Origin: Podarcis melisellensis
Lineage: Eukaryota
Direction: 5' to 3' (one strand)
NCBI GenBank assembly: GCA_964234715.1
Contig: OZ174290.1
DNA length: 64,000 bases
Positions 1 to 12,131 of the stretch are shown here, piece after piece (position 1 is the first letter of the stretch; each line of letters begins with the position of its first letter). The position numbers and the translations under genes were made by a program. The notes beneath the pieces were generated by a model. That model did not search any database. It was given only the letters and a program-made list of their open reading frames with translations, and was not told where the DNA came from.

Positions 1-199
1 ACTAACCCAGGAATTAGCTGGTGATAGCATTTCAAGAATTTTCTGGTCGTTCTTGGAGAAACAAAGGCTGTCGCTTGGATAGCGTCCTAGTCCACGAATG
101 GCAAGACCAGGAGTGTTTTAATATTTTCCTTCTTTGATTGCATTTATCTGCTAAATTATTTAATTTTTGCCCATTTGAAGAAAATGTGTTTATGTGGTA

Positions 200-561
200 A
201 GGTAAAGGTAAAGGCACCCCTGCCCGTACGGGCCAGTCTTGACAGACTCTGGGGTTGTGCGCCCATCTCACTTAAGAGGCCAGGGGCCAGCGCTGTCCGG
301 AGACACTTCCGGGTCACGTGGCCAGCGTGACATCGCTGCTCTGGCGAGCCAGAGCCGCACACGGAAACGCCGTTTACCTTCCCGCTGGTAAGCGGTCCCT
401 ATTTATCTACTTGCACCCGGAGGTGCTTTCGAACTGCTAGGTTGGCAGGCGCTGGGACCGAGCAGCGGGAGCGCACCCCGCCGCAGGGATTCGAACCGCC
501 GACCTTTCGATCGGCAAGTCCTAGGCGCTGAGGCTTTAACCCACAGCGCCACCTGCGTCCC
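200..561 (-). mobile_element. Sauria SINE, full length, with 12-bp TSD
   Basis: Reverse strand starts GGGACGCAGGTGGCGCTGTGGGTTAAAG, has a box-B-like GGTTCGAATCC and ends in an (ACCTTT)n tail. Flanked by the direct repeat gtttatgtggta (188-199 and 562-573). Confidence 0.92.
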
Positions 562-2291
562 GTTTATGTGGTACTCTGACCCAAATTTGTATAGAATGGG
601 GATGTCAGCTAGAAGTCATTGACTGACAACACAACCTTTTTGCTTGGCTTGGAAACTGCCTCAGTATCCCATTGCTAGGCATTGCGAGGCCAAAGCAGCT
701 GGTGGTTCAGTTCCGTGGGCTGAAATGGGAATTTAACACAGCCCCCCAAATGAGAAAACTTAACCTGGCCTCTGAATCTACACATTGTTTCAGCTTTGGC
801 TGCCTTGGAGATTTTTGAAATGTTTGATCAGGAGAGGTTGTGAGTGTCTCTTTGGGTAAGTGTTTTGGAAGAGATTGGGGGCAGGGGGTAGCCCTGTTCT
901 TGTGATAAAGTGCCTGGAGGCTCATTTTTGTTCCACTGGAATGCCATCTTGTTTGAACATAGGGTTAGATCTCAGAAATATCCCCAAAAGAGAGAAATGA
1001 GAAGCCATTGGAAAGTGGTGAAAATGTTACCCCCCCCCTTAGATATCTTGCTAAGTTTTTGTTAGGGTTCTTCTATGCTCTACTACTGGTATAAAGAGTG
1101 GCTATTGGAAGTCTGTGTGGTGCTCTCGGCCACTGATTTGCAGTTGTAGAACTGAAATGCTGGAAACTACCACAGTTTGCAAGAGCCCAAATGGTTCTTT
1201 TACTTTACTGTGGTTCCCATAGAAACTGCTGGGTGATGGCAGCAAATAGCATAGAAGATGCTTGTCAAGAAAATCTTCTAGCTTCCTCTCAATTTCTCAC
1301 ATCAACTAATCCAGAGATTAGCCCTGCAGATGTTGTTGGACTTCATCTCTCATCAGATGCAGCCATGTTTAGCTACTCTTACTGTCATTCTTTCCTCGAA
1401 GGGTCATATTTAAGTGGTAGAGCTTTACATGGAAAAGGTCCCAGACTCAGTCCCTGGTGTCTCCAGGTGGGACTGGGAAAGAAACACTGCCTAAAACCTT
1501 GGAGCTGCTGCTAATGAGTGTACTTTTCTCTCTTATTAGTTCACTCTCACAGGTATTTTATAGGTGACTACATTGTTCTGCTGTGTCCACTTCTTCCTAT
1601 CTGGCAATGTTAGCATGGCCTCTTCCTCTTGTGAATTCTGTAGGGGGGAAGCAGATAAAAACTGGGCAAATAAATTAATATAAACCCCAGGTCTTTAGAG
1701 GGCTGAGCTCTTTCATTTTAGATAGGTGGAGGAGCAGCTTTTCAGCACCACCTTGTGGAATTGGCCCTCAAGGAATGACTGGAGATGCCAAAGTGCGGTG
1801 CCCCAACTACAGTTCAGTTACCGTATGTGCTGTAAAAGGATCCTATGGTAAAGCTACTCAGGGGTATGAGAATTAATAGAGATGTACTCCTCTTGCCTAT
1901 CTCCTGGTGCAGGTCACCCACCAGGGCAGGGGTAGCCAACATAGTGTCCTCCAGATGTTGTAACCCAACTCCTCTATCATCCCTGAGCATTAGCCAACAA
2001 CATCTAGAGGGCACTCAATTGGCTTTTCCTATCCTAAGGTGACCGAGACAGTTTCAGTCCTGAAACCAGCTCAGAAGCTAGACTGGAAATGATAGCAGAT
2101 AATCAGCCTCATCCAAGAAAGTTCAGAATTGGGCCATCACCACCACATGCTCAGGCACCTTGCTTGAGTATAGCACATTCAAAACTGGTCCAGTGAAGGC
2201 TTCCACAGAAGGGATTGCACAGTACTGGGACCACACCTCCCCTCAGGCATTATTAAGTGCCTTGATATCTATATAAAGGGTGTTAATGACT

Positions 2292-2660
2292 TCTTCTTTT
2301 TTTATTGATCAGTTTCCACATAACAAATTATCAAACCATATAATCACATACATTATCCCCCACCCCCACCAAGGGCTTCCTTCAGCTCCTCTCCCTGATT
2401 TCTCTTCACATATTTTCTCTGCATGTTATAAAATTGTACATATCCTTACATATCTATCCATCATGTTATCAACCAATAAAATTGTGTATGTTTATTCAAA
2501 ACCTGCCAAGGAGTCCCAGTTCATTTTGTTGTCTTTTTAAATAGTTTGTAAAAAGTTCCCATTCCTCCTTGAAGTCACAGTTGTCCTTGTTTCGCAATTT
2601 GTAAGTCAATTTGGCAAGTTCTGCATAGTTCATCAATTTCTCTTGCTACTGTTCTTTCGT
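2292..2660 (-). mobile_element. L1-clade LINE 3' fragment (ORF2 C-terminus, 3'UTR, A-tail)
   Basis: Minus strand reads KLMNYAELAKLTYKLRNKDNCDFKEEWELFTNYLK...* followed by aataaaaaaag, which resembles a squamate L1 ORF2 end. Boundaries approximate. Confidence 0.6.
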
Positions 2661-5600
2661 AATGCCATTTTTAATGAATAAATAATCTTGAGCTAGATGG
2701 TCCAGTTTGGTATAAGCCTGCTTTTTGTGTTCTTCTACATACATTAGAAAACCAATTTGGGGTTGCTAACTTCCAAGGGGCAGCCTTTCTAAGAGAATTT
2801 CCACCCAAGCCAACCCTTGTCAGCTCCTCTTGGTTGTGATGATTGTTTTGTGTTTTGTGCATGTGGCTGCTGAGCAAGGAATTATTGGGCCACGCTCATA
2901 AGTCTTGTTACAATTCCATTTTGAGAGTCTACTTCCTTGCTGCAGAGAAGTTTACCTTCCTGGTTTTGCTTCTGATCTCCTACTCCTGGCTGTCATGTGT
3001 GAAAGGTGATGTGTGTACACACTAGTTTTTGTAAAGACTCTTACAAGTCTTTACACTAAAAGTATATACAGCAGCCTTACATATATTTCTATACCTGTGT
3101 GCGTGCACACCAGTCTTGTAAAGAAACATGTCTAGGCCCATGTGTGTCTTATTCCATTGCCGTATCAAAACTACCTACCTGCAACCTAAAGTGAAGTGGC
3201 AATTTGACAGAGATGCCTCTGCCTGTCACTTTGGATCATCTTTTGTCTGCTGTTGCATAAGGCAACTGAGAGGGTGAGGTCTTCTTGCCCTGAGCTTAGC
3301 TGTTGTGGACTGTTACAGCATGTTAAATCCTGCATGTGCTGGGGCCCACTGGCCTCCACTTTGAACATGGGGAGGAGGAGACTTCAGTGTAACAGCTCAG
3401 CCAGAAGCTGCTGCTAACAATTTGCTCAGCTTCTCTGGCTGGAGTTGTGTAAAAGGAGCTGTTGGACGTAATGACAGATTCCTCTGGAAGTTGCTGCCAG
3501 TTGGGTGCATGAGCCAAGCCATCCCACGCATCATCTCCTCCTGGAGGCCATGTGGTATAACTGGTGCTGTGCTTTGGGAGGTGCTGAGCAACCCTCAGGC
3601 CTGTGGCTCTAAGAGCAGTACGCCCTGGGCTGTGCGCCAGCTTGCTTGACTTGATGGCAGGAGCCTTAGTTAAAATACTTAGCTTTGGGCACTCTAGGGC
3701 TGAGCAGGAAGAGGAAATGAGGAGGTGTCCAAGAGTGAAAGCTGCTGTTGCTCTTGCTTTGTGATTGTCCAAGTTATTGTCGGCTGCCTTCCTCAGAAGC
3801 TGGCACTTGGAGAGCCTCCTTGGTGACAAAATGCTCTTTCGAGTGTGATGCTAGTTTCTGTGCATCGTCTGACCCATATGGTGGAAGCACAGGGAACCCA
3901 TTTGCAGAAAAGTATTTATTATAAGTTGGGGAGTGATAAACACTTTTGGCTAATAGCATTGATGGTGATGCATCTCTCCTGTGCATGCAGCCAGACAGGC
4001 CTTTCTTTTAACTCTTCCTCACCAAGTCACCTCCTGTGAACTCTCTTGAGACAGTTCCAGAGCTAGGCACGAATGCTGCTCCGGTTTTCCCAGCACCTCT
4101 GTCCAGCTGCTTTGGGTGATTTTCAACCCCCACCCCTCATTCCTCATTCTATGTTTCAGCAGAATGATTTCTCAGAGCTTGTCAGTCAGCAGGCTTATTG
4201 GCAGTTCCTGGCATGCAGTGTTCTCAAGGCAAAAACTGCTGTGACAACATGTGATTCTCCCAAGCTGCTAAACAACTCTGCCTGACGTTCCAGCTTCTCT
4301 CTTATGTCGTGCCAGTGCGTAGCAGCTGTACTGGGCTCCAGTGCCTCTGGCAGCAGTGCAAAGCCTGGTAATCTAAGAAACACGTTCATTAAGGGACAGG
4401 TTATCTCGTGAGCAGGTCCCATAGCTGGCAGAGGGAATGTCTTGGCCAGGGTAGCAGCAGTGTTTGGCACGGATGTTGCTACCGCTGCTTGCTGCTGGTT
4501 CTGGGTGAAGTAGCAGGGGCTACTCTGTGATTTCATGGGCTGCACGCCTCCATTTTATGAGAACACATCACTTTTAATATGGTATTTTATCGCTAAATGT
4601 TTGGCAGCCTGACACAGTTGGACAGAGACTGCCTTTGGTTTTATTCTTGAGTCCTTGGCAGTTGTGCAATGAAATCACTTTGTGTTCGTGAAGCACTTTC
4701 ACTGCAAGTGGTTGAAAATGTTTATGTGGACGTGTAGCAGCTCTCTTTCTCTTGTAACAATCCTGTAACAGGCTCTGCTTCCAATACCAAGAAGAAGACA
4801 ACCACTACTGCTGCCAGTGTACCCGCAGCTGCACAGCCATTTTTTTATGTTCCAAAGGGGTTCTTTAGCGGTTCCTCTGCAACTTGCTCAATAGACTCCC
4901 CATGCTGCCATCTCCTTCTTGTCTTTTAAATGGGTCCATTTCACTTGTTTTTGCTGTGCTTCCAAGTAATTTAGCTGCAACAAGTTAACTGATGTGGCTA
5001 CGTATGCCTATCTGAGGTTTGAGTCAACAAAAATCTAGCCAAACAAAAATACTTTTGTACTAAAAGGAGATGTGGGGGGGTTGTTCCAGCTTTATCGCGT
5101 AGCTGGTTTCTGAAAACTGATACCAGTTTCTAGGAACTGGACATACAGTTCCACCCTTCCATTTGGGCATCTCTTAGTTCCACACACCCAATATGCCACA
5201 GGAAGGAAATCTTACCAATCCGTCAGCTCTGCCATTCTCTGCCAGAGAATGCACATCCAACCCCATGCTGTATCATTGCACGGCTGGCTGTATGGACTTA
5301 AATGTTACCAATACATCCAGCTGAGCTCCCTTAATTAGCACCCATGTTAGCTCTTTGATCCAAACTCTTGCTTGTGAAAAGCGTTTTTTGCTGCCGGAGA
5401 AATGGCTTTTCCCTTTCCTCTTTGGTTTCCAGGCAACCTGGCCTTTTGCAAGATCACAGCACCCCGATGACGTCTGTGCTGCCCTCCCCCCTCATTCTTT
5501 CTATTTCTCCCCCTCGGAGGTTCAGAGCTGAACACATGTGAGCTGTTTTTCCTCTTCCCTCCCACGTGCTATGGTACATGTGTGGGAAAAGGCAGCTTGG

Positions 5601-6660
5601 AGGACGGAACAGCTCCGCTTGGATCATCTGCTTTGTACCAGGCCTTTCTGAATTTGTGTTTCCTTGATTAAAATGGTTGCCTCATGAACTCACTTCACAT
5701 TGAGCTTTATGCTGCTCTTCCTGGAGGACCGAGGATGTGCTGCTGGCAATCTTTCCCCAGAGCATCCTGTACAGTCATGGTGGCTAGCAGGGGTGGTTTT
5801 GGCATAGATGGAAGCAGACTTTCTGAAGAGGTGACATGAAGGAAGTCCCTTCCAGGAACAAGTGGGTGTGGGATCTGAGCTAGCCCCCAAGACAGCAAGG
5901 CTCTGATCTGGCCAGGAGCCTGGTTGGAAACTCTGTGCAAAGGCAAGGTCACAGGGAGGCAAGGTTAAAAGGAGCAAGGACAGGGATGATCCAGAAATAA
6001 GCAGGGCAGAGATTGGGGTTGAAGAAGCAAGAATTTCCTGGTAATGTAAGCCTCTTGTTGAGTCCCCACAATATGTGTGGGGTTTTGCAAGTAACACAGA
6101 CTGTGTGGAAATGCAGAGTTGTGGGCATGTGCAACTTGTGGTTGACCCCCGTCCTGAGAACTCATACCATTCTGCCAGGCCAAGTCAGATCTTCCCAGGC
6201 AGAATAGCAGAGAGCTCACTTCAATATATTTATCCTTTTTTCTCCCTGCTTTTCAATGTGCCCCTGCCCCCAACAAGCCCCTGACATAAACTAAGGTTTT
6301 TTTCTTTGGCACACAACTGATTTCCTGGCATTCAAGGCCAAGGCAAACATCTTGGGGATAGGTTATCTGCAACTTTCCTCAAACAATTAGGATAAAAGTG
6401 CAGAGTTCTGGTCAAGAGCCAGGTTTGGGGTTCCTAAATGTATATCACCTTTGTCTTCCAGTTTAGAGCTTCCTTTCTTGGAGACAAAAGAGAAAACCTT
6501 GAATCAGGAGACCAGCTAGAGATTCCACTCCAGTCTCTCCAAAGTTGTATTTATTTCATTCATTTGGTTAAAGTACTCTTACTCTACACTTCCCTGCAAA
6601 ATGGTTCTCAGAGTGGTTACAAAAATCAGATGCAATACAGTCCCTGCCCACAGTCTACAG

Positions 6661-6866
6661 CAGAGCTTTCCAAACTGTGTGTCGCGACACATTAGTGTGT
6701 CGGTTGCAGTGTGTAGGTGTGTTGCGCGAACACTTTCCCGTGCTTCTCCCAGGGCTGGAAAGGGGTCAGTTTAACATAGAGTTTGCTAGTAAACTGAGTT
6801 ACTGTGTCACAAAATGATGTTTGTCTAAAAAGTGTGTCACCAACATGAAAAGCTTGGAAAGCTCTG
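6661..6866. mobile_element. Non-autonomous hAT (Charlie-like) MITE
   Basis: TIRs cagagctttccaaact / agcttggaaagctctg and a perfect 8-bp TSD gtctacag (6653-6660, 6867-6874). Confidence 0.88.
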
Positions 6867-7940
6867 GTCTACAGTCTGAAAGACATGGCACATAAGGGAA
6901 AAGAGATGGGGAGGGAAAGGGCAAGTTTGGGCACCAGTTCTGCAATGGAATAGTTCAGGCAGTCTGATGGAAAGATGGCTGCTGATTGACAGGTGGTAGA
7001 AAGCCAGAGGCAGCTTGTCTCCCAGCACAGGCGATGGCTTACTTCCAGATGGCGTATGGTACGTCCTATTTCTTATAAGGTTCACACAAATGATTGAACC
7101 AATCTAAAGTGCAGTAATAAGAATGTGTAATTTATCCTTTGGGAGGTGGTGGCGGCAGGTCACATCAGGGGATTTCTGCGGGGAATGCTGCGACTAAGCT
7201 GCTGTGAGTCGCTGCTGTCCCACTGGTGCTCCCTGGTACTCCTCTGCTGCCCTTTCCTAGCATGCCATTGGTTCCCCAGGCAAACTGGCCACCTCTGCAA
7301 AGCTACAGATTGGAACAAAGTCTCTTAGGGTTGGCGTGCCAGACATCTGGCAGATCCTGTCAAGTGACTGCCTAATATTTGATGGCAGCCACATATTGTC
7401 AACTATTCTCTGAATCCAAGAATGCCACACTTTTGCTAGTGGCCTGCTTGTTAATTTCCTGGTGGTGTCATTTGTTAGCCAGGGCAGAAGTGAGAGCTGT
7501 TTGGCTCTTGAGTTGGCAGAAGTCAGTGCCAAGCGTCGTAGCACAGGAAAGCTTCTCCTGCTGGCCGCCTGCTAAAGATAAACACAAGGAGTCAGCAGTA
7601 GTGAAAGGGTAAACTGCAGTTTTCTTAAAAAATTGTAACTGTAGGGCAGCCTTCCCCAACCTGATGTTTTGGACTACAACTCACATCATTCCTGATCATT
7701 GGCAATTGTGATTGGGACTAAGAACATTTGAAGAGCCCTAGAGCTAGAACAGACTTAAAGGGGATCATCTAGGGGATCATCTTCCTGTTCTCACAATGGC
7801 CAGCCAGATGCCCTAGTGGGAAGTCTGCAAACAGGATCTGAGTGCAACAGCAGCATTCTCACCACTGATGAGTCGTAGCAGTTACTATTCAGAAGCATAC
7901 TTGGCAGTGGAGTGGAGGTAGAACATAGTCATTATGGCTG

Positions 7941-8248
7941 CAGTGTTCAAATTTTGCCAGGCACATTTGTGACCAAGTGAAGATGCCTGGGTTCCAGGAT
8001 GGCGCTTGACGTCTCCACCATCTGGAGGTGTAGGCTTGGGGATCCTTGGACCTCGACTGTCTTCACACACTAGCAATACATCCTGTAGAATTCTATCCGT
8101 TATATTTTATCTGCACAATCAGAATGAATCTCAGGAACCAAAAAGGCATATTGAAAAATACAACTTTTGAGCCATCTGGCCTCAAAATGGCAACTGTAAC
8201 CCTGGTTTGGTTTGGTGCCTAGCTTATATATCTGAGTTTCTAATACTA
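7941..8248 (-). mobile_element. hAT MITE, family A copy 1
   Basis: Ends cagtgttcaaatt / agtttctaatacta; 8-bp TSD tatggctg / tatggctc. Shares terminal sequence with 9926-10264 and 16058-16489 in the opposite orientation. Confidence 0.72.
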
Positions 8249-8939
8249 TATGGCTCGTAGCTGTTCATATCCCTATCCTCCAGCTGAGTTTAACAACATC
8301 TGGAGGGCACTTTGTTGGGAAAGGCTGCCGTTGGGTGATCAAAGCCAAAGAGAAGAAGAATGTTTCAGTGAGTCATTCACTTTTATAGAAAACTTTCCTA
8401 ACACTGGTGAAAGTTGGAATATAAATTGATATTTTTAAAATAAAAAACAAGGTTAACTTTTGTAGTGAAACAATGAAATTAACTAATCTGTTGTAAGTAG
8501 TATAGGCATCAAATAATTTTATTATTAAATTATTATTGCTGTACTAATCCCATATGCAACTCCCCTCTATTTTATCTGTCCTTGTATCAAGGTTTGTGTT
8601 AGATTTGATTGTGGTTTTATTGCATATTTAGTGTTTGTTGATGTTATGGATGATGTCATGGCCACTGGCCGGAACAGTAAAAGTATGATTTGATGTCATT
8701 TTGTTGTGCTAATGAAGTGATTTAAAAATATTTAGCCTGTTTAATTTGTATCTCTCACCTTCAGCATAAATTGCTAACAGAGCAGTAAGAAGCAGAACGA
8801 GTGTAATTTATTTATAAAATAAGGCATAAAACTAATTCAGCAAATTAAAACAATGAAGTAAAACTTCAGCTGCCTATTCAGATAGGAAAACTGGAAAACT
8901 CATCTACTCTAACCTAAGATCCCAACAGTAGCAATTCTT

Positions 8940-9480
8940 AAAAGCTGGGAAAAACAGAAATAGTTTCCCCTGTTACCTAAATGTTTGATAATGATGGTGT
9001 CAGGTAGACTTCTGAGAAGGACATTCCAAATGTGAGGAGACACCACAAAAAAGATTCTCTTGCGACCATTCGGGAAAAAATTCTCTTGCTCCAGTCACCA
9101 CTCCATAAAAGTCCTCAGATTACTCTGTCAGTGGATGGGCTGATTGACATGGGGAATCTGGGTCCTAAGCCATATAAGATTTTAAACTTTAAATGCAAGC
9201 ACTTTGAATTGAGCTCAGAAACTGACTGGCAGCCAATGGAGTTGTTTCAATACATGATCCCTTTGCCCAATCCCTGTTAGCTATTCTGTCCACAGTGTTC
9301 TATACTAGCTGTAGTTTCTGAACTGTCTTCAAAGGTAAAGCCATGTAAAGCGCATTGCAGTATTCCAGCGTTGAAGCTAGTAGGGCATGGATAACTGGCT
9401 AGGCTACTTCTACAGAAGAAGGGGCTGCAGTCCGACCCCCATTGATAAAAGACGCCTTGTGACACAGAGGTTGCTTGAGC
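8940..9480 (-). mobile_element. Degenerate L2-clade LINE 3' fragment
   Basis: Minus strand resembles the L2 ORF2 C-terminal LHWLPV...IQFKVL...YGLGP region. Boundaries approximate. Confidence 0.55.
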
Positions 9481-9635
9481 CAGAAGAGTGAGAGATTAAT
9501 AGCACTCCCAGATCCTTTAAATGCCCACCCCATGAGTGCTTAAGGGCCTATATTCCAAACATGAATGTGTCTTTGCGGCCTGGGTGTTAGGAACTGCTAA
9601 ATAGCAGATACTTGACATTTTGGATTCAGGTCCAA

Positions 9636-10409
9636 GGGAGCAGGTGGTGCTGTGGTCTAAACCACTGAGCCTCTTGGGCTTACCGATCAGAAGGTCAGCA
9701 GTTTGAATCTGTGATAGGGTGAGCTCCCGTTGCTCTGACCCTGCTCCTGCCAACCTAGCAGTTTGAAAGCATACCAGTGTGAGTAGATAAATAGGTGCCG
9801 CTGCGGTGGGAAGGTAATTGGCGTTTCCGTGCGCTCTGACTTGCGGCAGGAGAGTAAATGGCATTTCCATGCACTGTGGCACTTGTCACGGTGTCTTGTT
9901 GCACCAGTGGTTTAGTCATGCTGGTCAGTGTTAGAAACTGAATTATGAAAGCTAGGAGCTAAATGGCACCTTAAACCTAGGTTATGGGCGCTGAATGAAC
10001 TGCAGCTAAAATATTTTGTTAATTTTTCACATGGTCTAGTCCTTTCCCTTCCCTCCCCCCTAATATTCTTATGAGGATCTCTTCTCTAGTCTTCAGAGAG
10101 TAGGTGGAAGTGGGGAGGCAAAAAAGGGTCCTCCTTTCCTTCCACTCCGCAATTTTAATCTGAATTTTTAGGTGCAGCACTGTGCCCAGAGCTCAGAAAC
10201 TGCTCACGTTAATGAAATTCCCTGTCACAAAATGCGCCTAGAACAATGGGAGTTTTGAACACTGATGCTGGCCACATGACCAGAAAAGCTGTCTGTAGAA
10301 AAACGCCGGCTCCCTAGGCCTGAAGCGAGATGAACGGCACACCCTATAGTCAAGTTTGACTGGACTTAACCGTCCAGGGGTCCTTTTCCTTTACCTTGAC
10401 CTACCTTTA
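9636..10409 (+). mobile_element. Older Sauria SINE interrupted by a hAT MITE
   Basis: Head gggagcaggtggtgctgtggtctaaacc; body runs to ...ttagtcatgctgg, resumes at 10265 (atgctggccacatgacc) and ends with a degenerate (ACCTTT)n tail. Confidence 0.8.
9926..10264 (+). mobile_element. hAT MITE, family A copy 2 (nested in a Sauria SINE)
   Basis: TIRs cagtgttagaaact / agttttgaacactg (12/14 match); 8-bp TSD atgctggt / atgctggc made of SINE sequence. Confidence 0.85.
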
Positions 10410-11457
10410 TCCCCATGAGCACTGATGTTTAGCTGTGTCAGAATGCATTCTCTCCTCTTTCCCTCCAGTCCCATAGTTCAGGAGGATTGTTACCTTTTAG
10501 CCATATTAGTTCTCATAGGAATTGCCATGTACTGAAGTGAGGGATGTGTAGAGAACTTTTCTTGGGTGGTTGCCTCTGGACCTTGACAGGGTGACAAGAA
10601 TGAGGAAATGCAGGGGTTCATCTCAAAGAAGCAATCATTGGAAGATGTGCACATTTGGCTTTCCTGTTTCCTGCTATGTGATGCAGAAACCTTGATTGCA
10701 TTCTGAGGATCCTCTTCAATGACAGTGAAGTTCTTGGGAAAGGTTTGGGTGGGGAGAACCTCCCCAGAGACTTCTTCTGGTTAGAGCTGTGAGTTCTTGA
10801 AGCTCCTCTGTGCTGGATGGGAATGCTTACCTCTGAACCTTTTCAGTTCTGTGCTCTCCCCAGTGAGCTCTGCCTGGTGCCATCATTAATCCCCTCCTTG
10901 CTGAATGTCAGACACATGACTGAGATTTTTCTTTTTCTAGCAGACATTTTAAAGTAGTGTTTGGTTTTATGATAAATTTTTATTGTTTTATTGTCCCATT
11001 TTCTGTGAATAGTTTTTATGTACACTGTTTAAAAATGTGAATAATTAAGCAGTATATGTCTTAAGTAAAATAAAAATAAACATCTTTTTGAGAACCAGAA
11101 AAAAACTTCTTTCTTCTCCCAAGCATTTGATGGATCATGATGATTTTGTTGCTGTTTTATTGACTCTTTTGTGTGGAAATTAGTATGGGTTTTGTTATAA
11201 TGTTTTGCTGTTTTTCTGATGTTTATGTTCTGATTTATGTTTTTAAAGTTTTTAAAGTCACTTTGATATGCTTTCCATAGCAAGCAACTAATAAATTGAA
11301 TAAATCAAAAATAATAACTGGCAGAATGCAGCCAACTTAGTATGTGTGCGATGCACCAGGTCACTGAAGTGAACTTGTCTTGTCAATTACCAGCAAATCT
11401 GGGTTCTGCTATTCAGCAACAGGTGACAGTTTTTCTCCAGAATTAAATTACTTCAGG

Positions 11458-11678
11458 TAGGGTTGCCACACGTCCAAGAAAACCTGGACATGCCCTCTTT
11501 TGGGGGGGGGCAATATCCAGGTGGATTTTTACATTTTAAAGGAAATGTTGGGGGGGCATCGGGCTGCTCTGAACACAGTGGCCACTGCCAGCCCGCGCCT
11601 GTGCACCTCTTTCCCTGGCTCAGGCTGGCAGCGGCTTGGACTATCTTCTTTTTTGCTCTTCAAGATATGGCAATCCTA
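11458..11678. mobile_element. hAT (Tip100-like) MITE
   Basis: TIRs tagggttgcca / tggcaatccta; flanking repeat (a)cttcagg on both sides. Confidence 0.7.
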
Positions 11679-11804
11679 CTTCAGGACTAGTATAATCAGA
11701 AGTTTGAGGGAAGGGAGGAATGCTTGTGTTGCCTGGAAGGTCAACTTGGTATCTCTTCTCCCAGAGCAAGGAGAGAAAATAAAACTGAACTACAGTGTCT
11801 GTTA

Positions 11805-12131
11805 GGGACGCGGGTGGCGCTGTTGATTAAACCACAGAGCCTAGGGCTTGCCAATCAGAAGGTCGGCTGTTTGAATCCTCGCGACGGGGTGAGCTCCCAT
11901 TGCTTGGTCCCTGCTCCTGTCAACCTAACAGTTCGAAAGCACGAAGTGCAAGTAGATAAATAGGTACCGCTCAGGTGGGAAGGTAAACGGCTTTTCCGTG
12001 TGCTGCTCTGGTTCGCCAGAAGTGGCTTAGTCATGCTGGCCACATGACCCAGAAGCTGTAGGCCGGCTCCCTCGGCCAGTAAAGCGAGATGAGTCGCGAC
12101 TGGACCTAATGGTCAGGGGTCCTTTTACCTT
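11805..12131 (+). mobile_element. Sauria SINE with TSD
   Basis: GGGACGCGGGTGGCGCTG head and ...ttttaccttt tail; TSD tacagtgtctgtta / tacaatgtctgtta (one mismatch). Confidence 0.9.

Noticed and set aside
470-561. tRNA-like A/B boxes (GGTTCGAATCC)
   Set aside because: These are the tRNA-derived heads of Sauria SINEs, not tRNA genes.
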